A DNA stretch of 64,000 bases from Patescibacteria group bacterium (GCA_018818885.1 JAHIRB010000018.1:5041-69040); one strand, 5' to 3'; positions 44,582 through 54,001 are shown, counted from the stretch's first letter. A program made the numbers and translations. Notes: generated by a model from the sequence alone, not told the origin.

Positions 44582-45109
44582 CGAAATTAGTGCATAAGGA
44601 AACAACATAGCAGCATTAAGATATAAAGCTAAAAGAATTAAAACAAGGCCTACTACTTGCATAAACATCTTAAACTTTCCCCAGATATTTGCCGAAATAT
44701 CAATACCTCTTTTTCTTCTGCTCCAACCAGTAATAATAAACGCAAATTCAAAAATAATTACTGTCATGGTAGTCCAAAAAAAGTATTTTATGGCAACGAT
44801 AATCAATGATGACCCAATTAGTAGTTTATCTGCTAAGGGGTCGAATGCTTTACCCCAGTCTGTAATTTGATTTCTTGTTCTTGCCATGGAGCCATCAATA
44901 GCATCAGTTAAAGCTACACCAATTAAGAAAGGTACACCAATTGAATAGTTTTCTAGCCATAAAAGATAAACAACAATTGGGGATAGTACAAATCGTAATA
45001 TTGTGACATGATTTGGCTTAATCCATTTTGGGATAAATGGCAAAATTGTGTATTTAAGAATAAAGTCTTGCGGATACAATTTTGGGCTAGAATTAGATAA
45101 GTTTTGCAT
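44528..45109 (-). CDS. CDP-alcohol phosphatidyltransferase (PgsA-like)
   Basis: DAIDGSMARTRNQITDWGKAFDPLADK (D-G-x2-A-R-x8-G-x3-D-x3-D). 3' end overlaps rpsA by 54 nt. Confidence 0.75.
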   Translation of the reverse strand: MQNLSNSSPKLYPQDFILKYTILPFIPKWIKPNHVTILRFVLSPIVVYLLWLENYSIGVPFLIGVALTDAIDGSMARTRNQITDWGKAFDPLADKLLIGSSLIIVAIKYFFWTTMTVIIFEFAFIITGWSRRKRGIDISANIWGKFKMFMQVVGLVLILLALYLNAAMLFPYALISLFLAIILAVASFFTFGI

Positions 45110-45192
45110 ATTAATATCATTATACGTTCAATCTACATCTTTTACAACTTACTTGTTCAAAATAAAAAAAAATAGTATAATCAAAATACTTT

Positions 45193-47025
45193 ATGCGACA
45201 ATTTTCAAAAAACTTTCTTATATTTTTGATCATCTTTTTTGTTTTGGCTGGTTTAGCAAGTATGCTAACCCCTTCTTTAGAAAAACAAGATAAAACGGAT
45301 ATCTCAACCTTGATAGCTCAAATAAACAACGAAGAGGTAGAATCTATTGAAGTTTCTGGCAATAAATTAACAATAAAGTTAAATGATGGGACTAAAGAAA
45401 CAGTTCAAAAAGAAGGAGCAGAATCATTAACAGCGCTGCTAAAAAATTACGAGGTATCAAGCGCCAAAATTCAAAAAATAGATATAGCAGTAAAAGATGA
45501 AAGTGGGCTGGCTTTTTGGTTAATTACTCTTTCGCCAATTTTGATTCCCCTTTTGCTTTTTATAGGTATCATATACTTTATGATGAGGCAGGTTCAGGGT
45601 GCTAATTCACGTGCAATGATGTTTGGAAAAAGTAAAGCAAGAGAAGTATCAAATCAACTAACCACAAAAGAAAAAACCACCTTCAAAGATGTTGCAGGTG
45701 TTAAGGAAGCTAAGGAAGAATTAGATGAAGTAGTCGATTTTTTAAAAAATCCAAAAAAGTTTATTAACGTAGGAGCTAAAATTCCTAAAGGTGTGTTACT
45801 GGTTGGTCCTCCTGGCACAGGAAAAACATTGCTTGCTAAAGCGGTGTCTGGTGAAGCTGGAGTGCCATTTTTTAATATCTCTGGTTCTGAATTTGTAGAA
45901 ATGTTTGTGGGTGTTGGAGCGTCTCGCGTTAGGGATTTGTTTCATAAGGCAAAGAAGAGCTCTCCTTGTATTGTTTTTATTGATGAACTCGACGCAGTTG
46001 GGCGTCAAAGAGGTGCAGGATTGGGTGGATCAAACGACGAACGTGAACAAACTCTAAATCAGATATTAGTTGAAATGGATGGTTTTGATGTAAACACAAA
46101 CATTATTGTGATAGCAGCAACTAATCGTCCTGATGTTTTGGATGCTGCACTACTACGTCCAGGCAGATTTGATCGTAGAGTTGTTCTAGATTTTCCAGAT
46201 ATTGCAGATAGAGAAGCAATTCTAAAAGTACATGCAAAAAATAAACCAATAGTTAAAGAAGTTGATCTTAGAAAAATCGCTGCACGTACCCCAGGCTTTA
46301 CAGGAGCAGATTTAGCAAATCTTTTAAACGAAGCTGCTATTTTAACAGCCAGAAAAGATAAGAAACAAGTAGACGAAACAGCAATTTTAGAAAGTATCGA
46401 AAAAGTAATGCTTGGCCCAGAAAGAAAAAGCCATATTCTTAATGAACAGGAAAGAAAAATAACTGCCTATCACGAAGCTGGTCACGCCTTGGTGGCACAT
46501 GAACTACCTAATGCAGATCCAGTACATAAAGTTTCCATAGTATCACGTGGACGCGCAGCTGGTTACACCTTAAAATTACCAACCGAAGATAAACATCTTC
46601 ATACTAGAGCAGAATTTATTGATGATTTAGCCGTCTTTTTAGCAGGCCATACTACAGAAAAAGAAATTTTTGGTGATATCTCTACAGGTGCATCAAACGA
46701 TCTAAAGCAAGCTACGCGCTTAGCTCGAAGATTGATTATGGAATATGGTATGTCAGAAAATTTAGTTCCAAGAACATTTGGTGAAAAAGAAGAATTAATA
46801 TTTCTGGGGAGAGAAATACACGAACAACGCGATTATAGTGAAAAAGTAGCAGAAGTTATTGATGAAGAAATTAGTCACTTAATTAGCGAAGCCAGAAAAA
46901 CAGCCTTAAATATTATCAAAAAGAAAAAAACAAAATTAGAAGAAATTGTTAAAATATTACTAGAGAAAGAAGCTATAGAAAAAGATGAGTTTGAAAAAAT
47001 ATTTGGCAAAAAAACAAAAGAATAA
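45193..47025 (+). CDS. ftsH: ATP-dependent zinc metalloprotease FtsH
   Basis: Two TM helices, AAA module ([12 protein letters not shown] second-region motif) and an HEAGH zinc site. 610 aa. Confidence 0.9.
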   Translation: MRQFSKNFLIFLIIFFVLAGLASMLTPSLEKQDKTDISTLIAQINNEEVESIEVSGNKLTIKLNDGTKETVQKEGAESLTALLKNYEVSSAKIQKIDIAVKDESGLAFWLITLSPILIPLLLFIGIIYFMMRQVQGANSRAMMFGKSKAREVSNQLTTKEKTTFKDVAGVKEAKEELDEVVDFLKNPKKFINVGAKIPKGVLLVGPPGTGKTLLAKAVSGEAGVPFFNISGSEFVEMFVGVGASRVRDLFHKAKKSSPCIVFIDELDAVGRQRGAGLGGSNDEREQTLNQILVEMDGFDVNTNIIVIAATNRPDVLDAALLRPGRFDRRVVLDFPDIADREAILKVHAKNKPIVKEVDLRKIAARTPGFTGADLANLLNEAAILTARKDKKQVDETAILESIEKVMLGPERKSHILNEQERKITAYHEAGHALVAHELPNADPVHKVSIVSRGRAAGYTLKLPTEDKHLHTRAEFIDDLAVFLAGHTTEKEIFGDISTGASNDLKQATRLARRLIMEYGMSENLVPRTFGEKEELIFLGREIHEQRDYSEKVAEVIDEEISHLISEARKTALNIIKKKKTKLEEIVKILLEKEAIEKDEFEKIFGKKTKE

Positions 47026-47040
47026 ATAAAACATCATTAT

Positions 47041-48003
47041 ATGACTACCTACAAAGAAGTTTTCAAAAAATCTTTTAAATTAGCTTGGAAACCTAAAAGT
47101 ATATGGATTTATGGTTTATTCGCTTCTTTTTTAGGTATTGGAGGAAGTGTAGCAAAAAGTATGGATTTAACTGGTAGCCGTAATATTTTGATAAATTTAT
47201 TGCAAACACTCATAGAGGTTAACTTTTTTTCTTTACAAGCTTTAAAAAACATACCAACGGTTTTTGCACAAAGTCCAATTTCTGTTACTATTTCAGTTTT
47301 GATTTTTTTAATTGTTACAGTTTTGACAATTATTTTGTTGATTTTAGCAATTGTATCACAATCAACTCTTATTAATACAATATATAAAAAGAGTATAGGC
47401 AAAAAAGTAAGTTATATCGAGGGAATTTCTTTTGGACTAAATAATTTTTGGCCAATACTTGGGTTAAATGTGATAACGCGAGCCGTAGGATTTATTGCTT
47501 TTATGTTTTTAGTCTATGTCGTCGCAGCTAGCAGACCATCACTTTTTGTTCCTCTGGGTATAATATATATTATTTTAGTTTTGATCACAGTTGTGATTTC
47601 ATTTGTTATACGTTATGCAACCTGCCACCTCGTTATTAATGGTGATACATTTAAAAATTCCCTTCACAAAGGAAAAGAACTATTTCTTTCGAACTGGCTA
47701 ATTACCTTCGAAGTAGCATTAATGTTGTTGATTATCCAGATGGTATTTGTTTTTTTGTTGTATCTTTTGATAAAAATTGATACCTTTGTTTTATACATAA
47801 TTTTTGTAGCAACAAATTTATTACAAGCTGCTGGTGCTTCAAACTTTGTACTCTTTTTAGTTTTGTTTACAGTTACATTAATTACTTTGCTTTTTTTAAG
47901 TTTCTTTACAGTTCTTGCATGGTCTGTATGGACAGAGCTAACCTTAGAGCTAGAGAAGGGAAATATTACAAGTAAAATCAAGAGTTGGTTGAAGATAGCT
48001 TAG
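47041..48003 (+). CDS. hypothetical polytopic membrane protein
   Basis: 320 aa with 7-8 hydrophobic helices. No family recognised. Confidence 0.4.
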   Translation: MTTYKEVFKKSFKLAWKPKSIWIYGLFASFLGIGGSVAKSMDLTGSRNILINLLQTLIEVNFFSLQALKNIPTVFAQSPISVTISVLIFLIVTVLTIILLILAIVSQSTLINTIYKKSIGKKVSYIEGISFGLNNFWPILGLNVITRAVGFIAFMFLVYVVAASRPSLFVPLGIIYIILVLITVVISFVIRYATCHLVINGDTFKNSLHKGKELFLSNWLITFEVALMLLIIQMVFVFLLYLLIKIDTFVLYIIFVATNLLQAAGASNFVLFLVLFTVTLITLLFLSFFTVLAWSVWTELTLELEKGNITSKIKSWLKIA

Positions 48004-48103
48004 CATATATCTTTAGATTATTATAAACACCAGGTTAGTTCCTGGTGTTTTTACTTGTAAGAATTACTAAAAAAAACTATAATTAAAGTAAGTATAATAA
48101 TAT

Positions 48104-49834
48104 ATGACTCAAATAAATCCAAAAGCTCCCCTGCCTTCTAATATGCCAGAGATATCATCAGAAGAGGTAAAAGAAAAGTATAAAAAGAAAATGTTTGATA
48201 TTCGTATTAGACAGAAAGAAACAGAATCTAACGAAATTGCCAGACAGATGGGTATACAACATATTAATTTAAAAGCTTTTCCTATTAGTCCGGAAACTTT
48301 AACTACGATAGAAGAAGAAACTTCTAAAAAACTTCAAGCGATTTGTTTTTATCGTGATGACGATGCTATTAGGATAGGTGCAGTAGATCCAACTACAGCA
48401 GGAGTCAAAGAGGAAATTGAAGCAATTAAAGAAAGGACTGCCAAAAAAATTGTAGTTTATAAAATTTCCGAACACAGCTATGATCTTGCCTTTAAGTTGT
48501 ATGCCGTACTGCCAAAATTTAGAGAAGTATTAACAGGTGTAGAAATAACAGAAGCAGATGTTAAGCGATTTGAACAAGAACTCAAAACTTTTAAAGATTT
48601 AAGCACAGCACTTGAAAGAATAAATTTAACAGATATGGTTGCTTTGATTATCGCAGGAGCTATAAAAGTAGCTGCCTCTGATATCCATATCGAAGCAGAA
48701 TCAAAGGAAATAAAAATACGTTACAGAATTGATGGATTTTTACACGACGCTGCAACAATAAAAAAATCTTTATGGACTAAAATAATCGCTAGAGTAAAAC
48801 TTGTTGCACATCTAAAAATTAATGTTACCGATCGGCCTCAAGATGGACGATTTACAATTTTTATGGGAGAAGAACAAATTGATGTTAGAGTATCTACTGT
48901 ACCAACTGCTTACGGCGAAAGTGTAGTTATGAGAATTTTGATTTCTTCTAAACAAGGCTTAGCTTTTGAGGATTTAGGTTTAAGAGGTAAAGCTTTTATT
49001 GATCTAGAAGCAGAAGTGAAAAAACCAAATGGCATGATTATTGCCACGGGTCCAACTGGTTCTGGTAAAACCACTACACTCTATTCAATTTTAATGAAGG
49101 TAAACACACCAGGAAATAAAATATTAACTTTAGAAGACCCTGTTGAATATAGAATTTCAGGTATTTCACAAAGCCAAGTTGATGCATCTAAAGAATATAC
49201 TTTTGCCAAAGGCTTGCGTTCACTTCTTAGACAAGATCCAGACATAATTATGGTTGGTGAGGTTAGAGATTTAGAAACTGCAGACATATCAATTAACGCA
49301 GCACTAACTGGTCATCTTGTTACAACAACTTTGCACACTAACGATGCCTCTGGTGCAATTCCGCGTTTAATAGCAATGGGAGTAAAATCATTTTTATTAC
49401 CACCCGCACTTAATGCAATCATTGGACAAAGGCTTGTACGTAAGATTTGTCCTAAATGTAAAACAGAAATTGAGTTAGACAACAAATTAATGTCTACGGT
49501 AATGAAAATAATTGATATGATCCCTCAGGAATCTGGAACAAAACCAAAGAGTTTAAAAAATTTACAATTTTATAAAGGTAAAGGATGCGATTATTGCCAA
49601 GGTATTGGTTATAAAGGAAGAATTGGTATTTTTGAAATCATGACTATGAATCACGAATATGAACCTCTAATACTTTCTGGTCAGGTTTCAGAATACGATT
49701 TAAAAAAGATTGCTTTAAAGCATGGCATGGTAACCATGGTGCAAGATGGATTGCTTAAAGCAATGGACGGTTTAACATCAGTTGAAGAAGTATTTAGAGT
49801 AGCAAAAGATATTTCTGGTTTGTTGGGTGATTAA
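48104..49834 (+). CDS. pilB: type II/IV secretion ATPase, GspE/PilB family (type IV pilus assembly ATPase)
   Basis: Walker A GPTGSGKTTT, Asp and His boxes, and a C-terminal tetracysteine CPKC...CDYC. 576 aa. Confidence 0.85.
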   Translation: MTQINPKAPLPSNMPEISSEEVKEKYKKKMFDIRIRQKETESNEIARQMGIQHINLKAFPISPETLTTIEEETSKKLQAICFYRDDDAIRIGAVDPTTAGVKEEIEAIKERTAKKIVVYKISEHSYDLAFKLYAVLPKFREVLTGVEITEADVKRFEQELKTFKDLSTALERINLTDMVALIIAGAIKVAASDIHIEAESKEIKIRYRIDGFLHDAATIKKSLWTKIIARVKLVAHLKINVTDRPQDGRFTIFMGEEQIDVRVSTVPTAYGESVVMRILISSKQGLAFEDLGLRGKAFIDLEAEVKKPNGMIIATGPTGSGKTTTLYSILMKVNTPGNKILTLEDPVEYRISGISQSQVDASKEYTFAKGLRSLLRQDPDIIMVGEVRDLETADISINAALTGHLVTTTLHTNDASGAIPRLIAMGVKSFLLPPALNAIIGQRLVRKICPKCKTEIELDNKLMSTVMKIIDMIPQESGTKPKSLKNLQFYKGKGCDYCQGIGYKGRIGIFEIMTMNHEYEPLILSGQVSEYDLKKIALKHGMVTMVQDGLLKAMDGLTSVEEVFRVAKDISGLLGD

Positions 49835-49846
49835 ATCAACTAAAAA

Positions 49847-49877
49847 AACACCTTGATAGTTTATAGGTGTTTTTTGT
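49847..49877 (+). terminator. intrinsic terminator AACACC-TTGATAGTTTATA-GGTGTT plus T6
   Basis: A-run, 6-bp stem, TTTTTTG. Confidence 0.5.
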
Positions 49878-49945
49878 ATTGAGGGATTGACATATAAATG
49901 ATATTTTGATAAGATTTTTTTGCGCGTTTAGAGAGGGGTGGAAAA

Positions 49946-50302
49946 TTGAAAAGCCAGAGTACAAAGAAGAAAGTGTCGAAGCGAATGATAAGAGTCTTAA
50001 CTTTAAGTAATATTCTTAAATTATTTCCCAAAACTCCAGAAGGCAGAAGGGCTAAGAATGCATTTCTGCAGCATTGTAAAAACTATTACCTTGAGAGAAA
50101 AAGGATGGAACAAGATCAGATTGCTAATCAAGAAACAAAAAATCCACAACGTGCAATATATCATGGACAAATTATGTCAATATTTGCATTATTACGACTA
50201 GTGCCCGGTGCAGAAAAAAAATGTCCTGCCTATAGCAAGGATCAAGTCGGTGATGCAGTAATGAAATGGTTTGCTATCAATGGCTCAGTAGATTCAAGCT
50301 GA
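49946..50302 (+). CDS. small basic protein, paralog of the convergent gene 50294-50803
   Basis: 118 aa. TTG start with a GAGGGGTGG SD. Shares FPKTPEGRRAKNAFLQHCKNYYLE with FPNTKDGRAAKDNFLKLCREYMEE of the partner. Confidence 0.4.
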   Translation: MKSQSTKKKVSKRMIRVLTLSNILKLFPKTPEGRRAKNAFLQHCKNYYLERKRMEQDQIANQETKNPQRAIYHGQIMSIFALLRLVPGAEKKCPAYSKDQVGDAVMKWFAINGSVDSS

Positions 50303-50803
50303 GCCATTCTTTTTTTTAGAATTTTTGTCTTTTTGTATCTCTTTTGCTAAGTCGGGATCAACAAACATTTCATCTTCCTTTATTCTATTATATACACCAT
50401 TTTTATTTGTTTTACCAAAATCTACAACTTTAAAATATCTATCTAATATTTCTGTAATATAATTTTTATCTCCAAGTCTTGAAAATAATTCAATATTACT
50501 TACTCTACTTGAGGTAGATAATTTACCAATAATACTACGGATATCATTATGCTTTGCTGCGCGTTGTTTTCCATGATGTTGTAAGCTACCACTAACACTT
50601 TGTCTTTTTTGTGCGGCAACTTCTTCCATGTATTCTCTACATAGTTTTAAGAAATTATCTTTTGCGGCTCTACCATCTTTAGTATTGGGAAAGTTATCTA
50701 GTAAAGCATCCATATCAGCAATAGGTAGTTCAGGATTTAGATTTCTTAGATCAACAAATTCTTGAGGAGGGGGTTGTGGTATTTGTTCGAGTCTTCTAGC
50801 CAT
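50294..50803 (-). CDS. hypothetical protein, paralog of 49946-50302; last gene of the tsaE transcription unit
   Basis: 169 aa. Start 3 nt after the tsaE stop. 9-bp convergent 3' overlap with its paralog. Confidence 0.45.
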   Translation of the reverse strand: MARRLEQIPQPPPQEFVDLRNLNPELPIADMDALLDNFPNTKDGRAAKDNFLKLCREYMEEVAAQKRQSVSGSLQHHGKQRAAKHNDIRSIIGKLSTSSRVSNIELFSRLGDKNYITEILDRYFKVVDFGKTNKNGVYNRIKEDEMFVDPDLAKEIQKDKNSKKKNGSA

Positions 50804-50806
50804 ATA

Positions 50807-51259
50807 TTAAGTAATATTAATAATTCTTGTATTTTGATTATTTCCCAACTCTAACAAAATTTTCTTAGTTTGTCTAGGAAGGATTTTTTTTATTTTTTCT
50901 GCCCATTCGATCACTACAACAGTATTTTTATCTCCAAAATATTCATCTGCACCAATATCAACAATTTCTTGTGGAGATTTAGTTCTGTAACAATCGATAT
51001 GAACAAATTGACGAATGTAAATCACGCCTCGGCGAGACGCCTTCGGCGAATTAACTTGGTATACTTTCATCAACACAAAAGTAGGGCTGGTAATTATTTT
51101 TTTTATTCCTAAACCTTGCGCGATGCCTTTGATCAACGTGGTCTTCCCTGCACCCAAATCTCCTGTTAAAGCCAAAACTTCGCCATCCTTAAGACCGCTT
51201 GCAATTTTTTTACCTAAAGCTATTGTCTGTTTTTCTGATGTAGTAATATGTTTTGACAT
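50807..51259 (-). CDS. tsaE: tRNA threonylcarbamoyladenosine biosynthesis protein TsaE
   Basis: Walker A LTGDLGAGKTTL. 150 aa. Confidence 0.8.
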   Translation of the reverse strand: MSKHITTSEKQTIALGKKIASGLKDGEVLALTGDLGAGKTTLIKGIAQGLGIKKIITSPTFVLMKVYQVNSPKASRRGVIYIRQFVHIDCYRTKSPQEIVDIGADEYFGDKNTVVVIEWAEKIKKILPRQTKKILLELGNNQNTRIINIT

Positions 51260-51281
51260 ATTTAATTATATTTGGTAAATT
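51253..51281 (+). promoter_or_regulatory. candidate promoter TTGACA-17-TAAATT for ORF 51323
   Basis: TTGACA at 51253-51258 (overlapping the tsaE start codon on the other strand), TAAATT at 51276-51281. Confidence 0.3.
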
Positions 51282-51322
51282 ATTGTAATCAGGAGGGGAT
51301 ATAAAACCAAAGGAGGCAACAA

Positions 51323-51619
51323 ATGGGAACTGAACAGGTAGTAACTTGCCAGCCACTTCCGACCTCATATGTGGGTCATGGCATGAAAACATTGAAAGCC
51401 CAGATGGCACTCATCAAAGAAGCAGTAGAACAACAGAACAAGGGCATAAGAGGTTGTCAATTTGAAGGTGTTGCAGTTCTCCAAGTCTCTATTGATGGCA
51501 ACTGCCCAAATCCAGATTGTGGCTCATCGAATATTAATTCGCACAAAGCCCCGGCGGAATTTGGATTGGATGCCAGAAGATGTAAATGCAACGATTGCAG
51601 AACAGTTTTTAATTTTTAA
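51323..51619 (+). CDS. zinc-ribbon small protein (SD-bearing small-ORF class) inserted between tsaD and tsaE on the opposite strand
   Basis: 98 aa. AAAGGAGG SD 6 nt upstream. NCPNPDCGS...CKCNDCRTVF. Confidence 0.5.
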   Translation: MGTEQVVTCQPLPTSYVGHGMKTLKAQMALIKEAVEQQNKGIRGCQFEGVAVLQVSIDGNCPNPDCGSSNINSHKAPAEFGLDARRCKCNDCRTVFNF

Positions 51620-51632
51620 CACTAGAATAATT

Positions 51633-52679
51633 CTAGTTCGGTTCAACTTTGACTTCACTCCACGGGGTGAAATCTTTTTTTAGTATTTTAAAATATGCTG
51701 CTGCAGCAATTATAGCAGCATTATCTGTACAAAGATTAAACGATGGGATCAGCAAGTCAACATTTACATTCTTTTTCATTTCATTGCGAAGTAATTTATT
51801 AGCAGTAACTCCACCGCCTAGTAAAATTGTTTTTACTTTATATTTTGTAGCAGCATCAATAGTTTTTTTAACTAGTACGTCAACTACTGCTTTTTCAAAG
51901 CTAGCAGCTATGCCAGTCTTTTGTTTTACAGACAATTTTTTTAAGCCTCTTACTTTATATAGAACAGAAGTTTTTATCCCAGAAAAGGAAAAGTTGAAGT
52001 CTTTAGAATTAATCATACCGCGCGGAAAATCAAAAGCATCTGGTTTACCCTTTGTCGCCATTTTAGATATCACGGGGCCTCCAGGGTAGCCTAGGTTTAA
52101 TATTTTAGCAACTTTATCAAACGCTTCGCCAGCTGCATCGTCTAAAGTCTGGCCAATGTTTTTAAAACTGAATTTATCTTTCATGTAGATTAGTTCTGTG
52201 TGTCCGCCTGATACGATTAGTCCTATTGACGGGAATTTGATGGGTAGATCGGGCGCCTCTGCCCGATCGTTGCGATGGGACGCAGGGGCCCCTCCCACCC
52301 CACTAGGTAGCCAATTAGCATAAATATGTGCTTTTAAGTGGTTGACTGTTATTAGTGGTTTTTTCCAAACATAAGAAAGTACTTTAGCAGTTTCAGTGCC
52401 AACCAATAACGACGTTATTAAGCCAGGCTTATTGGTCACAGCAATATAATCAATTTTTTTTTGATTAACTTTGGCTTTAATCAAAGCTTGATTTAGAACT
52501 GGTAGCATGTTTTTTAAGTGATTTCTGGCTGCAACTTCTGGCACAATACCACCAAACTTCGCGTGAATCGCGATTTGAGAAGAAACAACATTACTAAGAA
52601 TTTTAAAATTGCCACGGTCAACTTTTATAACCGCGACGGCAGTTTCGTCACATGATGTTTCAATTCCTAAAATAATCAT
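51633..52679 (-). CDS. tsaD: tRNA N6-adenosine threonylcarbamoyltransferase TsaD
   Basis: MIILGIETSCDETAVAV, HxxxH metal motifs, 348 aa. The ATG lies 6 nt after a TATAAT, consistent with a near-leaderless mRNA. Confidence 0.9.
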   Translation of the reverse strand: MIILGIETSCDETAVAVIKVDRGNFKILSNVVSSQIAIHAKFGGIVPEVAARNHLKNMLPVLNQALIKAKVNQKKIDYIAVTNKPGLITSLLVGTETAKVLSYVWKKPLITVNHLKAHIYANWLPSGVGGAPASHRNDRAEAPDLPIKFPSIGLIVSGGHTELIYMKDKFSFKNIGQTLDDAAGEAFDKVAKILNLGYPGGPVISKMATKGKPDAFDFPRGMINSKDFNFSFSGIKTSVLYKVRGLKKLSVKQKTGIAASFEKAVVDVLVKKTIDAATKYKVKTILLGGGVTANKLLRNEMKKNVNVDLLIPSFNLCTDNAAIIAAAAYFKILKKDFTPWSEVKVEPN

Positions 52680-52698
52680 ACAAATGTATTATAGCATA

Positions 52699-52727
52699 TT
52701 GACATTTTCATAAATAACTAGTAAGGT
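52699..52727 (+). promoter_or_regulatory. promoter-like TTGACA-17-TAAGGT upstream of ORF 52762
   Basis: Same hexamers and spacing as 37294-37322. Confidence 0.4.
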
Positions 52728-52761
52728 TTGCATACAAAACTAAAAAGGAGGGGAAAGACTG

Positions 52762-53133
52762 ATGACAAAAGATCGTCGGATATTCGGTACCAAAAAAACA
52801 AAAGTTTTACTGAAGGACGTCAAGAAGGGAGACACAATTGAGATACGAGTGCCTGTAGAAGACACTGAAACTGCTTTTGTCAAACCCGACGACAAGTCCT
52901 ACTGGATTGGCCTGGAGGTGATCACAGTAGTTGAAGGTATGATCAATGCCAAGATTGTCGAACCAGACGAGGTCAAAAGCGGATGCGAAGCCAATGTGTG
53001 GTTTCCAGAAGTTGAAGTAGGTGAACCCCTTAACTTATCTTGGACGCATGAAGTGTCGGAAGATATCGCATTCAGGATTCAGTCTGTCAACGAAATACTG
53101 CTCATTTCATTCAAAGAAGCAAAAGTCGGGTGA
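52762..53133 (+). CDS. small acidic protein of the SD-bearing small-ORF class
   Basis: 123 aa. AAAAAGGAGGGG SD 8 nt upstream. Terminator hairpin GAGGCGC...GCGCCTC at 53151-53186. Confidence 0.45.
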   Translation: MTKDRRIFGTKKTKVLLKDVKKGDTIEIRVPVEDTETAFVKPDDKSYWIGLEVITVVEGMINAKIVEPDEVKSGCEANVWFPEVEVGEPLNLSWTHEVSEDIAFRIQSVNEILLISFKEAKVG

Positions 53134-53150
53134 TTCACCAAAAATTAAGG

Positions 53151-53186
53151 GAGGCGCTTTCATTGCGAATGCGCCTCTTCTCTATT
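53151..53186 (+). terminator. terminator hairpin GAGGCGC-TTTCATTGCGAAT-GCGCCTC plus a T-rich tail
   Basis: 7-bp GC stem followed by TTCTCTATTTG. Confidence 0.4.
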
Positions 53187-53299
53187 TGTCATTTCGACCA
53201 ATGTTTAGTCAAATTCACGTGCGTGGAGAGAATTCTTCCCATGCTCATTGGAAGGTGTGGGATCCTTCGCTATCGCTCAGGATGACAAAAAATTATTGA

Positions 53300-54001
53300 C
53301 TACTTCTTTAAGTAATTTTGCCTTTTCTTTTCTGGAAATTTTTCAATTGCATATCTTAGCATTGTTCGTGGCATTTGTTTGACATGCTTTTTTAAAAAAA
53401 CTTCTTCAATTTTCATGTCACGATTGCCGACTTCGCGAAGCATCCACCCAACTGCTTTGTGGATTAAGTCGTGATCGTCATTAAGTAATATTTTGGATAT
53501 TTTGAGTGTGTCAGAAAAATCATTCTGGCGTATAAAAGCATATGTAGCTAAAATCGAAATTCTTTTTTCCCAGAGATTTTTCGATTTTGCGAGCTTGTAT
53601 AATACTTCGCGTTTTTTATCTAAAAGATAGGTACCCACGATATTTGGCGCAGAAAGATCAACAAGATCCCAATTATTGATGTTCCTTGTATTTTTTAGAT
53701 AGAATTGGAAGATTTTTTTCTTTTGGCTTTCATTAGATTTGTTATATTGAGCAATTAAGATAAAGAGCGCAATTAATCTGTATTCGTGAATTTTTGTAGT
53801 TAGAAGTTTTTGCAGTTCACCTAACGTCAGATTATTATATTTCTTAGAAACTTTTCTTTGGACAGGGACTTTAATACCTAAGAAAATGTCACCTTCTCCG
53901 TATTGACCTTTACCAGTTTTAAAAAAACCTTGTAAAAGTAAAGCTTGTTTTTTGTTTTTTAATTTATCTAATTCTTTTTTTAATTCATTTAACTTCGCCA
54001 T
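53300..54001 (-). CDS. DNA alkylation repair protein (AlkD/AlkC HEAT-repeat family)
   Basis: 233 aa. Overall similarity to DNA_alkylation family proteins. Confidence 0.65.
   Translation of the reverse strand: MAKLNELKKELDKLKNKKQALLLQGFFKTGKGQYGEGDIFLGIKVPVQRKVSKKYNNLTLGELQKLLTTKIHEYRLIALFILIAQYNKSNESQKKKIFQFYLKNTRNINNWDLVDLSAPNIVGTYLLDKKREVLYKLAKSKNLWEKRISILATYAFIRQNDFSDTLKISKILLNDDHDLIHKAVGWMLREVGNRDMKIEEVFLKKHVKQMPRTMLRYAIEKFPEKKRQNYLKK

Noticed and set aside
53021-53299. 92-aa ORF overlapping the 3' end and terminator of ORF 52762
   Set aside because: It overlaps a better-supported gene and its terminator and has no SD. The region 53134-53299 is left as an unexplained spacer.
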